A stretch of DNA of 64,000 nucleotides. Origin: an uncultured Acidobacteriota bacterium (GTDB taxonomy: Bacteria > Acidobacteriota > UBA6911). Below the pieces are notes generated by a model, which searched no databases, was not told the DNA's origin, and saw nothing but the letters and a program-made list of their open reading frames with translations. The stretch lies in NCBI GenBank assembly GCA_963827655.1, contig CAWHCF010000036.1, positions 1 through 64,000 of the forward strand, written 5' to 3'. This document shows positions 1 through 9,859 of the stretch, one piece after another (the first letter of the stretch is position 1; each line of letters begins with the position of its first letter). The position numbers were made by a program, and so were the translations under genes.

Positions 1-238
1 TTTGGTTCTGTGCGGCGCCGAGGTTTATTGCGGATTGAATTTGACATTCACCACCAGGGCGTCGAAGCCGCAAAGACTCGCTAAAAACTTCGCAGAGACT
101 CGATGCCGATTTTTTTTTAGCATACCACGCAGACACGGATTGAAAAGAGAAGAACAAGGCTGGTCCTTGCGATGAATTTTATTGCCTCCATTCGTTCCGA
201 TCGGTCGCTTCGCTAAAATGGCAGACACTTTGTAGTGT

Positions 239-268
239 TTGACACTACGCCGCGTCGGGCGGTATTCT
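239..268 (+). promoter_or_regulatory. Putative sigma70 promoter of the TA operon
   Basis: TTGACA (239-244), 18-nt spacer, TATTCT (263-268); in-frame GTG at 275 lies at the expected start site. Confidence 0.45.
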
Positions 269-274
269 GTCGCT

Positions 275-568
275 GTGATCCGGCTGATTGAGTTCGACTG
301 GGATCGATGGAACCTCCAGAAGAACGAGATCAAGCACGGTGTGAGCCGGTTGGAGGCGGAAAGCGCTTTCCATGATCCTCGTTACAAACTGTACAAGGAC
401 ACAAAACACTCGGTGGCGCGGGAAGCGCGCTACATCCTCTATGGGACGAGCCTCGAAAACCGCGTCTTGATGGTCGGATTCACCATCCGGGGCTCGAGAG
501 TCCGCGTTATCACGGCTCGCCCGGCGTCACAAAAGGAACGGCGTATCTATGAAAGCAAAGAAACGTAG
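275..568 (+). CDS. brnT: BrnT-family (DUF497) ribonuclease toxin
   Basis: EFDWD..N..KN.IKHGVS..EAE..F and RVITARPAS.KER.IYE motifs; overlaps the downstream antitoxin; start placed at GTG 275. Confidence 0.85.
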   Translation: MIRLIEFDWDRWNLQKNEIKHGVSRLEAESAFHDPRYKLYKDTKHSVAREARYILYGTSLENRVLMVGFTIRGSRVRVITARPASQKERRIYESKET

Positions 569-833
569 GAAAGAGTCACGGCACGTGATCCGTGACTACG
601 ATGTGGCCGATACCTCGACTATAATCGATTCTTCGCGCCCACTGAAGTTCGAGGATCTCGGGCTGAGACTGCCCGACATTCCGCCGACGCAGGTTATCTC
701 TATCAGACTTCCCTCTCGGCTGCTGAACGAATTGAAGGCCATCAGCTCGGAAAGGGACATCCCGTATCAGGCACTCATCAAACTGCTTCTGTCTGAATCG
801 GTCTCGCATTACAAGAGACGATCGTCATCCTGA
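549..833 (+). CDS. BrnA/CopG-like ribbon-helix-helix antitoxin
   Basis: C-terminal ISIRLP..LL..LK......IPYQALIK motif; overlaps the toxin. Confidence 0.8.
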   Translation: MKAKKRRKESRHVIRDYDVADTSTIIDSSRPLKFEDLGLRLPDIPPTQVISIRLPSRLLNELKAISSERDIPYQALIKLLLSESVSHYKRRSSS

Positions 834-928
834 TCCAAATCAGTTGTGACCACTTCGAAGGCGGCTACGCCGCGTCACGCTGCGGGCGCCTAGCGATGAT
901 TTACACCGCCAACCTCCAAGTCAGCTAA

Positions 929-956
929 GGGCTCGTGCAGAAATAACTTCACATTC
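929..956 (+). mobile_element. Solo terminal inverted repeat of the MITE family at 50258-50490
   Basis: GGGCTCGTGCAGAAATAACTTCACATTC preceded by TAA; near-identical to 50258-50285. Confidence 0.7.
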
Positions 957-1297
957 GCTTCAGCGGCTTCTTCCCGCCGGTCGACAACCCGCCGGCGGTC
1001 AACGTGGTGACCGCCGGCCGCGACACCCGGTCAAATTCTCACTGAGCGGGAACAAGGGCTTGAACATCTTCGCGGCGGGCTACCCCGTGTCGCAGCAGAT
1101 CACGTGCAACAGCGGCGCGCCCTCGAGCGACATCGGGCAGACGGTCACGGCAGGCGGAAGCAGTGAGCTACGACGCGGCGACCGACACCTACACCTACGT
1201 TTGGAAGACCGAGAATTCGTGGCCGGGCACGTGCCGTCGGTTGATCGTGAGGTTGAACGACGGCAGCGATCACGTGGCGTTCTTCAAGTTCAAGTAA
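957..1297 (+). pseudogene. 5'-truncated PxKF-domain gene fragment
   Basis: Across frames: FSGFFPPVDNPPAVNVV.AG..PVKFSLSGNKGLNIFAAGYPVS...SYDAATDTYTYVWKT..W.GTCRRLIVRLNDGSDHVAFFKFK*; no start codon, two frameshifts. Confidence 0.75.
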
Positions 1298-1474
1298 GGG
1301 ATTGGGTGTCGGTAGCAAGCTGAGCTACGACGCGACGACCCGCAGCAGCGCTTCAAATCGAGCTGGCGTCACGAAGGTGGCGCCAGCATCGACGACAGCG
1401 CTGCCTTCGAGTGCAAGTGAGCTGCTTCACACGCGCCTCGATGTCGGCTCAGTCTCGTGATTCCTCGATGGCGG

Positions 1475-2467
1475 TCAGGCGGTCTGCAGGGCGCGCTGAA
1501 GCACGAAATCCACAAACCGCTCGTACGGATCGAACCCGACGATGCTCGGGGCATCCGTGACGAAATTCGACAGAGCGTTGACGTCGTAGAAATAGACTTC
1601 GCCGTCCCGCTCGCTCACCAGATACTCGATACCGCCGACGTCCAGGCGGGCCTCCTGTGCGATACGAATGGCGGCGTCGATGACATGTCGAGGCGGGCGA
1701 AGTGCCTCGATGTGCAGGCGGCGTTTGTCCGACGCCAGGCAGCGACTGAAATCCTGCGGTTCGGCGGCCGGCTGGTTCTCCTGGCAGATATCTGCCGGGC
1801 ACAAATTGAAGTTCCCGTTTTGATCAGTGAAGATGCGGATCGCGTAGAGGAATTCACCACCCAGCACTTCAACCCGGACGATGGCGCCATCGGTCGCGGG
1901 CAGAAACTCCTGCAGCAGCGCGGTGGAGTCGTAACCCAGATCGATCGATGATGCCGTCGCGGCGCGCTCCAGCTCTTCGCAAGAATTGAACTTCTGAATC
2001 TTCGCCCCACTCCCTCCGATGTTGGGTTTGACGATCACGGGGAATTCGAAGCCCGCGGCCGCTTCCGGCGCGAGGGAAGCGTGATTGATGACACGTGTGC
2101 GCGGATAGCGAACCCCCAATTGCTCGAAGATCTCGATCTGCAGAGCCTTGGAGGTTTCCACAACGAAGGCCTCGTAAGGATTAATCACCGGCACCTTGAT
2201 GTCTTTGAGATAGGCAAGCAGCTGGCGCGTATAGAAGATGCCGTTTCCGTGCTCTCTCAAGTAGGAGCTGGGGCTCATCCGGTTGATCACGAGCGAATAA
2301 GGGAGGATTCTGACGCGCGGATCATAAGAGTGCCGGTGGGCCTCCCATAGCTCGTACGGGATGTCCCGCCGGTCGAATTCTGCGAAAAGCGGTTTGAACC
2401 ACTCTGGATGTTCGTAAAGGATCGCGATTCTTTTCTGGTCGTTGTATCTGTCAGTCATGGTCTTCAA
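1475..2467 (-). CDS. ATP-grasp ligase, RimK/glutathione synthetase-like
   Basis: FPVIVKPNIGGSGAKI, LLQEFLP and GGIEYL..YFYDVN ATP-grasp motifs. Confidence 0.8.
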   Translation of the reverse strand: MKTMTDRYNDQKRIAILYEHPEWFKPLFAEFDRRDIPYELWEAHRHSYDPRVRILPYSLVINRMSPSSYLREHGNGIFYTRQLLAYLKDIKVPVINPYEAFVVETSKALQIEIFEQLGVRYPRTRVINHASLAPEAAAGFEFPVIVKPNIGGSGAKIQKFNSCEELERAATASSIDLGYDSTALLQEFLPATDGAIVRVEVLGGEFLYAIRIFTDQNGNFNLCPADICQENQPAAEPQDFSRCLASDKRRLHIEALRPPRHVIDAAIRIAQEARLDVGGIEYLVSERDGEVYFYDVNALSNFVTDAPSIVGFDPYERFVDFVLQRALQTA

Positions 2468-2490
2468 GAGTTTTTCACGCCGCTCGGGCG

Positions 2491-5400
2491 TCAGAACAGG
2501 AACTTCAGTCCGAACGAGAGGACACGTCCCGGGCCGGCCGCGTTGACGGCGCCGTAGCCGCCCGTGGGCTGGCCTGCGCTGTCGAACCGGACGGTAGTAT
2601 TGATCCCGGTGAAGTTCGTGTGGTTGAAAACGTTGAAGGCTTCCGCGCGGAACTGGAGCCGGGCCTTCTCGCCCAACGCGACGTTCTTGAACAGGCTCAG
2701 GTCCCAGCTCTGGAATCCGGGGCCGATCAGGATGTTCCGGCCCGAATTCCCGAACTGGCCCTGCGTCATCCGCTCGGGTGCCAGGAAAGCCTCGGTGTTG
2801 AACCAGCGCGCCGGCGTTCTCTGATCGCCGGGAAGATCGGGGTCACCGGCCAGGGTCGCGCGCGAGGAGCTGGTTCCGACCCGGGCGACATCCGTCGGAA
2901 CGGTGACCGTGGTAGGCGCGCCACTCTGGAAGCTTGTGATTCCGGAGAGCTCCCATCCGCCCAGCGAGTGCCGCAGAAGGCGGCTCGGGCTGTTGACAAA
3001 AAACGGCAGCGGGTAAATGTAGTGGAAGGTCATAATGTGGGCGCGGTGAATGCCCGCGAGCGAGCGGTCGGCCTTGACGTTGTAAGTGTCCTGCGGCGTG
3101 CCGCCGCCGGTGTTCTCCATGGCTTTCGAGAACGTGTAGTTCGCGCCGAAGGCAAGCCCGCTCCAGACCCGCCGGCTCGCGGCAATCTGCAGGCTGTTGT
3201 ACGAAGTGTTGTCGCTGTGGTCTCGCAGGTTGATGTTCGCGTAACCCAGGAAAGGCCGAAGCGCGTTGACGTTGATCGTGGAGTTGGGCGGATTGAGCCG
3301 CGTTCCCTCGCGCAGCTGGTTCACGTTGAGAGTGAAAGGGAAGTGCCGGCTGACGTTTCCGACATAGTTCACCTCCAGGATGATCGAGCGCGGCAGCTCA
3401 TGCTGGACCCCCAGGTTGTACGAGGTCACGCTCGGAGTCGGCAAGCGCTCCGGCCAGAAAGTCAGGTCCGACGGGAATTCCCGCGCGGTGCCGCCCGCCG
3501 GGTTATCGATGTTGCCGTCGAACACGTTCGCCACCCGGACGAACGGCGGGTTGCTGGCCTGGCCGGTCAGGACGTTCGAGCCCAGCCGGTCATAGAAAAT
3601 GCCGAATCCGCCTCGAACGGCCGTTTTACCGTCGCCGAAGACGTCGTACGCCAGTCCGAAGCGTGGGCCCCAATCGTTCCAGTTCTCCTTCGATCCAGCT
3701 TCCGGAAGCCCGACGAACAGGCGCTGGATGGACGGGTCGTCGGCCTGGGGCAGCCGGCCCTCGGCCGCGTCGGGAAAGCTGTCGCCGAAAATCGCGATCC
3801 CGTTCCACGGGTCTCCCGTGCCGGCCACGATCGAGCCGTCCGACGGATTGATCCGCGGCGCCTTGGCCGGATCGTACAGACGCGTCAGGAACGTCGACGA
3901 GTTCCCCTGCGCATTGACGATCTGGCCGACGACGTTGTAGCGGAGGCCGAACTCGAGCGACAGACGCTTCGAGACGCGCCAGCTGTCCTGCGCGTAGAAC
4001 TCGTACTGGCTGAATCGGGCCCACCAGGTCGCGTCAGTTTCGACTTCCGTGTAGTTCTGGAAATTGCCCAGCAGGGCGTCCGCGATGACGTTGCGGGTCG
4101 AGTTCGCGGCCGAAGTCGCGAAGTTGATCGATCCCTCGTCGCGCTGGTTCGTGTTCTCGTTCTTGCGGGCGCGCGTTATCTGGGCGCCGAACTTGAGCGT
4201 GTGGGCGCCCAACACTTGGCTGAAGTCGTCGCGCACCTGGCCGGTCCCGTTGCCGTTGCGGATCCGATCGCCCGAATTGTACGTGGTAAACCCGGCGATG
4301 CGAACCTCCGGCCCGACGTTGGAACGGTTGGCCGGAAAGATCTCAGGGTAGGTGAGGCCAAGGGTCGGACGGCTCATCACCGAGTTGTCCGGACGGCCGC
4401 GGATCGAGTTCTTGCTCAGGCTGACGGTAAAGAAGTTGAGGGTCCTGGGCGAAAACGAGTGCTGGATATCGAACGATGTCACGTATCCGGGGCGCGGCCG
4501 CGCGTTCGGGATGATCCCCAGGTTGGTGGTGCGGAAGGGGAAAACGATGTCCCACTTGTCGTTGATGATCCGGTAGCTCAACTGGGTGCTGGGCGATAGC
4601 CTGTAATCGATGCGTGCCAGCTCCTGCCGGTAGTCGGTGATGTTCATCCCCGAGGCGACGAAGTTGCCGCCCGGACCTAAGAAGTTCGGGAGCGGGTACG
4701 GTTCGAGAAGCAATGGGCCGTTCCTCGACCAGCGCGACTGCGGCACGACGCGGTTCGCGAAGGGCTGTCCCGTGAGCGGATCGACGGGCGCGGGCAGCGT
4801 GGAGTTGACGAAGTTGCCGCTCCGCTCCTCGGCCGTCGGTACCACGTTGACGTTCGCCTGACCCTGGCGGACAAACTTCCACTCTTCGGAGTAGAAGAAG
4901 AAAAGCTTGTCGCGCTGGGTGTTGAACTTTCCGGGGATGAACACCGGCCCCCCGATGGTCCAGCCGAAGTTGTTGAACCGGAGCGGCTCGACGCTGGGCG
5001 CGAAGAACGATCGCGCATCGAAGACGTCGTTGCGCACAAACTCGAAGAGCGAGCCGTGGAAGTCGCGCCCGCCGCTCTTGGTGACCAGGTTGACCATCGC
5101 GCCCGCCCGCCCGCCGAACTCGGCCGAGTAGCTCGAGGTCTCGATCTTGATTTCGGCGAGCGCATCCATGTTGGGGTCGACGATTGCGTTCGAATTGGCG
5201 CCGTTGTCGTGATTCTCGGCGCCGTCGATGGTGAAGTAGATCGAATTGGTGCGGATGCCGTTGACGCGCTGCTGCGTCAGGTCGAGGCGAGGATTGAAGA
5301 CGTTGAGACTGGTCGCCACGACGCCCGGCACCAGCCGGAGCAGCTGGATGTACTCGCGGCCGTTGAGAGCGATCTGGCTGAGCTGCTGTTCGGTGATCAC

Positions 5401-5808
5401 ACGCCCGACGTTCCCCGAGTCCGACTGCACCTGCTCGACCGCCGCCGAAACCGAGATCGTGTCGGCGCGAGCGCCAAGTTCAAGGCCGAAGTCGATCGCA
5501 CGGCGTGAGGCCGCATCGAGGACCACTCCCAGCCGCTCGCTGGTGCGGAACCCGACCGCCTCGGCGCGGAGGTCGTAGGTTCCGGCCGGAAGGCTGGCGA
5601 ACACGTACAGGCCGCGTTCGTCGGTAACGGTTGTCTGCTGGAGACCCGTGCGCGTGTCGGTAGCGGTGACCGTCGCGCCCGGCACCGTGGCGCCGGAGGC
5701 GTCGGTGACGGCGCCGGAGATGCGGCCCACGTTGGTCTGGGCCAGCGCGCCGCCGGCAAGCAGGAGAACCACGCCCAAGGTAAACACAAGACGCGCGTCA
5801 GCCTTCAT
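2491..5808 (-). CDS. TonB-dependent receptor-like outer membrane protein with N-terminal carboxypeptidase regulatory-like domain
   Basis: Signal peptide, GRISGAVTDASGA.VPGATV, YSAEFGG..G..VNLVTKSG plug motif, QFRAEAFNVFNH.NF, terminal Phe. Confidence 0.9.
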   Translation of the reverse strand: MKADARLVFTLGVVLLLAGGALAQTNVGRISGAVTDASGATVPGATVTATDTRTGLQQTTVTDERGLYVFASLPAGTYDLRAEAVGFRTSERLGVVLDAASRRAIDFGLELGARADTISVSAAVEQVQSDSGNVGRVITEQQLSQIALNGREYIQLLRLVPGVVATSLNVFNPRLDLTQQRVNGIRTNSIYFTIDGAENHDNGANSNAIVDPNMDALAEIKIETSSYSAEFGGRAGAMVNLVTKSGGRDFHGSLFEFVRNDVFDARSFFAPSVEPLRFNNFGWTIGGPVFIPGKFNTQRDKLFFFYSEEWKFVRQGQANVNVVPTAEERSGNFVNSTLPAPVDPLTGQPFANRVVPQSRWSRNGPLLLEPYPLPNFLGPGGNFVASGMNITDYRQELARIDYRLSPSTQLSYRIINDKWDIVFPFRTTNLGIIPNARPRPGYVTSFDIQHSFSPRTLNFFTVSLSKNSIRGRPDNSVMSRPTLGLTYPEIFPANRSNVGPEVRIAGFTTYNSGDRIRNGNGTGQVRDDFSQVLGAHTLKFGAQITRARKNENTNQRDEGSINFATSAANSTRNVIADALLGNFQNYTEVETDATWWARFSQYEFYAQDSWRVSKRLSLEFGLRYNVVGQIVNAQGNSSTFLTRLYDPAKAPRINPSDGSIVAGTGDPWNGIAIFGDSFPDAAEGRLPQADDPSIQRLFVGLPEAGSKENWNDWGPRFGLAYDVFGDGKTAVRGGFGIFYDRLGSNVLTGQASNPPFVRVANVFDGNIDNPAGGTAREFPSDLTFWPERLPTPSVTSYNLGVQHELPRSIILEVNYVGNVSRHFPFTLNVNQLREGTRLNPPNSTINVNALRPFLGYANINLRDHSDNTSYNSLQIAASRRVWSGLAFGANYTFSKAMENTGGGTPQDTYNVKADRSLAGIHRAHIMTFHYIYPLPFFVNSPSRLLRHSLGGWELSGITSFQSGAPTTVTVPTDVARVGTSSSRATLAGDPDLPGDQRTPARWFNTEAFLAPERMTQGQFGNSGRNILIGPGFQSWDLSLFKNVALGEKARLQFRAEAFNVFNHTNFTGINTTVRFDSAGQPTGGYGAVNAAGPGRVLSFGLKFLF

Positions 5809-5873
5809 GATGTCGCCTCCTCGAAAAAGAAAACCACCAAGGCACGAAGAAACGCGAATAATCGAAGGGGGAA

Positions 5874-6327
5874 TCAGCGCAATACGGCGCCCTGACCGCG
5901 CAGCCGGTAGATGGTTGTGCCTTGTGCGGGGCGCGTCCGATCGACGGGTTTCCCCGTTTCATGCGCCTCGTGCTCGAGGGCGGCCGCGTGTTCCTGCGGG
6001 GTGAGCACCAGCTTCTCCAAGCGTTCCCTGAGCCGCAACCTTGCGTCCGGCTCCGTCTTTCGGGAAGACGATCTCTCCGTCCTCGACTTTCAGGCGGATC
6101 GAGGCGCCGGAGTCGTCGCGCACCTCCATCCAGCAGCCCATCGCCTGGCAAACCGAAGTGATCTCGCCGTCGACGCGGACCGTCTTTCCAAGATACGCTT
6201 CCGGATGCTCGAGCAATTCACGGACGGGTGTGGCCTTCTCCACCGTCACCGGCTTTCCCAGGCGGGTCTCCGCAGCAAAGGCTGATGCGACAAGCAGCAG
6301 GGGCGCGATCCGGCAGATCGATTTCAT
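5874..6327 (-). CDS. DUF4920-like exported OB-fold protein (one frameshift near 6020)
   Basis: GKTVRVDGEITSVCQAMGCWM motif; shifted frame continues LEKLVLTPQEHAAALEHEAHE...YRLRGQGAVLR* to 5874. Confidence 0.7.
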
Positions 6328-6415
6328 CGGGTTGTCCTCCTACGGTCAGATAATTCCTTATATCACTTGACGGCGCCGCCGAACAGACGATTACCTTACA
6401 TTTTGAGCGACATCC

Positions 6416-9400
6416 TCAGTCAGAACTCGTCCCGGTGGGAGACCAATTGGGGACCGCCCGCCCACCGGCCATCCGTCCGTACCAGAACCAGATTGCCGCC
6501 GCGGTTACGATAAACGCGACCGCGGCGCCGAGAACGGCACCAGGGTAGGCCGCGTAGGCTCCCTGCCTGGCTATATTCAATAGTTGAAGCACGCCGACGG
6601 CAATCAGAGTGGAGCCGATCGAGAATCGTAGCGCAACCAGATAGGCCATCGAAAGCAGCAGCCCCAGGATCAGTCCCGACCCAAGCCAGGCCGGTATGGC
6701 ATCAACGCCTTGCATGCCTGTAACGACAAAGCCGAACAGCACCATAAACAGGACAGAGAGAGGCTTTCTTCTCATCCATCCCCTTGTGAATCGATGGACG
6801 AGCGCAATCACAAACAATGCAACCGTGGCTTGGGTGAGATAGCCGGCCACCGGATCCAGAATTTTGACCAGCAGCGGGATATAGGTTCCGAGCGGAGTAT
6901 AGTCTGCCCATTTTGGACTCAGCGACGGCTCGAACCGCGAGCCTACCGCGGAGAGGCCTGCCGCAAGACTTCCCAGCGAAAATCCGACCGCCCAGGACGT
7001 CAGAGACGGAAGCCGGCCGGCCTCCGCGGTCCATTTGTGGAGGAGGCCGGCGATCAGGCCGATGCTGGCGGAAAGCAACAGCAGTCCCACGATTCCCATT
7101 CCCACAAGCATGAGCAGCTGAGTCTTGTAAGGCTGAGCGGTTGAAAACTGGGCAGTCATCATGGGCAATCCGTTCAGAAGGCCGGCGACGTTGACCACAA
7201 AGAGCAAAGTAAGAAGGAGCAGAAAGATTGCGGGAGAGAATTTCCTTCGGCTCCAGTTCAGGATTCCTGTCGCTACTCCGCCAATCACAATGGCAGCGAT
7301 CAGAACTCCGCACGCAATGCCGATCACCTGGGGAATGGCACGCCGATCCCGCTCCTTTCGCGCCCATTCCTCGGGAACATGCACGAATCGATAGGCATCC
7401 ACGACTTCGTCGCCGGCAATCTGGATCGCCAGGCGCTTCTCCCCTTGGGCGAGCTTGTCCGTCACGTTATCGGAAAACGTAAACAGCCAGTCGGTCCGGG
7501 CCTTGAGCTTGGAAGGAACCGCCGATACCTCTTTGAGGGTCGACGCTTCGAGCCGAAAGAGATCTTTCAGAGCCGAGTGGGCCAGCAGGCGCGCATCGCT
7601 TTCAGAAATCGTCTTTCCAGGCCGCGCTTCCGGCAGCTTGTGGTTGAATCGGAATACACCGCGCTGGTCCGATATGAACACCTGGTATTCTTCCGCCCGC
7701 TCGGCCACGTCTCCTTCGAAGCGCACGAAGCGAACGGTCCAGTGCGGTTCCTCGAGATACCCAGCCATCAAGCCCTGGTACTTTTCCTTGCCGGCCGTTT
7801 GCCAGACGAAGCGGTCTTGCTGATCGGGTTGGCTCTTGAGCTGGGTAAGAATCTCCCATGCTTTTGTGAGTTCTATGCGGCGTCCTTTGAGCGCCTCTTC
7901 GGCCCGCGCTCGCGCCTCCGAACGACTGGTCCTGACCGGAGGCGAGACGGGTTTGAAGTCGGCAAAGATGATCCAGAGGCCCAGCCCGGCGAGTCCGGCT
8001 ATCGGCAAATAACGCAGGAGGGTCTGGTTGACGGGCCTGGCTTCAGCTCTCTCCTCCTCAGCGGCTTCAACGGCCTGGGACGGCTGCCAGGCAAGGTTGA
8101 GATCCCCTTCGGATAATTCGCCCCATCTCTTCGCGCGCAGTCTGGCGCCGATTACCACCCAGAGTGGAATCAGGACAAGCGCGACTACCAGTACTCGATC
8201 GACCCAGATTCCCCGCGCCGTCGAGACGAATAGAGGCAAGGCAAACCAGACGACATCAAACGTGAAATGCAGAACCACTGCCGGAAGCAGGCCGAAAAAG
8301 AGGTACAGACCTCCGAACATCAGCGACGGAATGATGAGCTCGACGACCCTCGCGTAGGCGGGTTGATTCGCGTAGCCGGCGTGTCCGGCGCCGAAGATCA
8401 ACGCTTGAACAATCATCGCCCCCGCAATCCACCAGCGCCGTCCCCCAAAACGGCTGCCGAGCAGCGCGGCGCCGGCAATCGGAACCGCGCGGAACAGACT
8501 CTCTTCCCAGAAGCCGGCCTGGGCGGAGATCGCGATCGAGGAAAGCCACGGAAAGTACGTGGCCAGAACATCCGGTTGGACCAGGATATCGGAAGGAGTC
8601 CACCATCCCAGCGTCCTGGAGGTAACAAAGTAAAGGAGAACGTCGTAAGCGAAAAAGACCCCCACGAGCAGATAGCCTGCCACGGTTTGACCGAGCACGG
8701 TCCTTGAACTTGCCGGTCCGTTCGACCAGAGCCGCCACAGCTGAATATGGTCAGGAAATGCGCGCCGGGAGAGTCCTTCAGCCGCCATGAAGGAAAGGAC
8801 CAGCACGAGACCCATAAACAAGAAGTTGAGCAGGATGAACATGACTTGCTGCGCCACGAATCCCTGGGCCGAGATCGCGGTGTCATAGTTCATCCAGACA
8901 AGCGGCCACTCGTTGAAACCGACGAGCAACTGAAGCAGAGCGATCAACAAGCCCCAGAACAGAGGCATGCGCCAGTTGATCCACCGGTGCCGGAGCAGGA
9001 AGAACAATCCAAAACCGCACCCTCCGATCAAGTAGAGGATAACGAGGGGGATAGTTCCAGCGACGCTGATCAGGTTGTTCGCCGAGCGCATTTCTTCGTA
9101 GCGGCGGGAGAAGGCTTCCGGAACCTTGACGAAGTGGGTGAGCTCGGTCAGCTTGTCCCCACCCACGACCAGGCGAACGCGATAGCGTCCTTCGCCGATT
9201 CTGGCATCCGATCTCTCATAGACGAATGTATGGTCAACGCGCCCGCCCGGACGAACCTCCTGAGACTTTTCTTCGAGCTGGTACTTGCCAAGATCAATGC
9301 CCCACTCATTCGCCGCCGATGTGTCGGCGATAGTTTTGGCTGAATCAGCATCAAGCGCCGCGCCCGGTTCATTTTCGGGAAGCTTGACCGCAAAACCATA

Positions 9401-9775
9401 CGGATCGCCGCGCGGGGTGAACCGGATCCGTGTCTCTCGGGTTTCACCTGGCTTGAAATGGCGTACCGTCCATTTGTAAGCGTGGTAGAGCCCTTCGTCC
9501 GTCATCTTCTTGAAGGCTTCGGTACCACCGGCCTCGAGCTCGACAAAATTCTGCACGGACTGATCGCCTGCAAATGAGGCCGCCTGATCGAATCCGTCTG
9601 GCCCGAAGTGGAATCTGGCTTCCAGTTCCTTGGCCTTGCCCAGCGCCGTCTCTCGATCCATCTGAAGATCAAGCGCCACGATGGGGAACGCCCTGGAAAA
9701 AAAGCGAACCGCGAAGTAAATCGAGCCGGCTGAGAGCGCTGCAAGAGCAATCCAGAAGAGCGGTTTACGGAACAT
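6416..9775 (-). CDS. Large polytopic membrane protein with CPBP (CAAX protease/Abi) intramembrane metalloprotease domain
   Basis: EESLFR, FGAGH and H..FD CPBP motifs; many hydrophobic segments. Confidence 0.8.
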   Translation of the reverse strand: MFRKPLFWIALAALSAGSIYFAVRFFSRAFPIVALDLQMDRETALGKAKELEARFHFGPDGFDQAASFAGDQSVQNFVELEAGGTEAFKKMTDEGLYHAYKWTVRHFKPGETRETRIRFTPRGDPYGFAVKLPENEPGAALDADSAKTIADTSAANEWGIDLGKYQLEEKSQEVRPGGRVDHTFVYERSDARIGEGRYRVRLVVGGDKLTELTHFVKVPEAFSRRYEEMRSANNLISVAGTIPLVILYLIGGCGFGLFFLLRHRWINWRMPLFWGLLIALLQLLVGFNEWPLVWMNYDTAISAQGFVAQQVMFILLNFLFMGLVLVLSFMAAEGLSRRAFPDHIQLWRLWSNGPASSRTVLGQTVAGYLLVGVFFAYDVLLYFVTSRTLGWWTPSDILVQPDVLATYFPWLSSIAISAQAGFWEESLFRAVPIAGAALLGSRFGGRRWWIAGAMIVQALIFGAGHAGYANQPAYARVVELIIPSLMFGGLYLFFGLLPAVVLHFTFDVVWFALPLFVSTARGIWVDRVLVVALVLIPLWVVIGARLRAKRWGELSEGDLNLAWQPSQAVEAAEEERAEARPVNQTLLRYLPIAGLAGLGLWIIFADFKPVSPPVRTSRSEARARAEEALKGRRIELTKAWEILTQLKSQPDQQDRFVWQTAGKEKYQGLMAGYLEEPHWTVRFVRFEGDVAERAEEYQVFISDQRGVFRFNHKLPEARPGKTISESDARLLAHSALKDLFRLEASTLKEVSAVPSKLKARTDWLFTFSDNVTDKLAQGEKRLAIQIAGDEVVDAYRFVHVPEEWARKERDRRAIPQVIGIACGVLIAAIVIGGVATGILNWSRRKFSPAIFLLLLTLLFVVNVAGLLNGLPMMTAQFSTAQPYKTQLLMLVGMGIVGLLLLSASIGLIAGLLHKWTAEAGRLPSLTSWAVGFSLGSLAAGLSAVGSRFEPSLSPKWADYTPLGTYIPLLVKILDPVAGYLTQATVALFVIALVHRFTRGWMRRKPLSVLFMVLFGFVVTGMQGVDAIPAWLGSGLILGLLLSMAYLVALRFSIGSTLIAVGVLQLLNIARQGAYAAYPGAVLGAAVAFIVTAAAIWFWYGRMAGGRAVPNWSPTGTSSD

Positions 9776-9859
9776 AGATCCTCTGAGAGAAAACCGACCG
9801 CGAAGACGGTTCCCTGCCTGCGGCAGGCCAAGACAGGAAGAAACGCTATTTCTTAACGA

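Noticed and set aside
2620-4599. 659-aa plus-strand ORF (also 46225-48402 minus, 10058-11161, 43154-44425 and similar)
   Set aside because: Antisense shadows of well-supported genes in GC-rich DNA, with no recognisable motifs.
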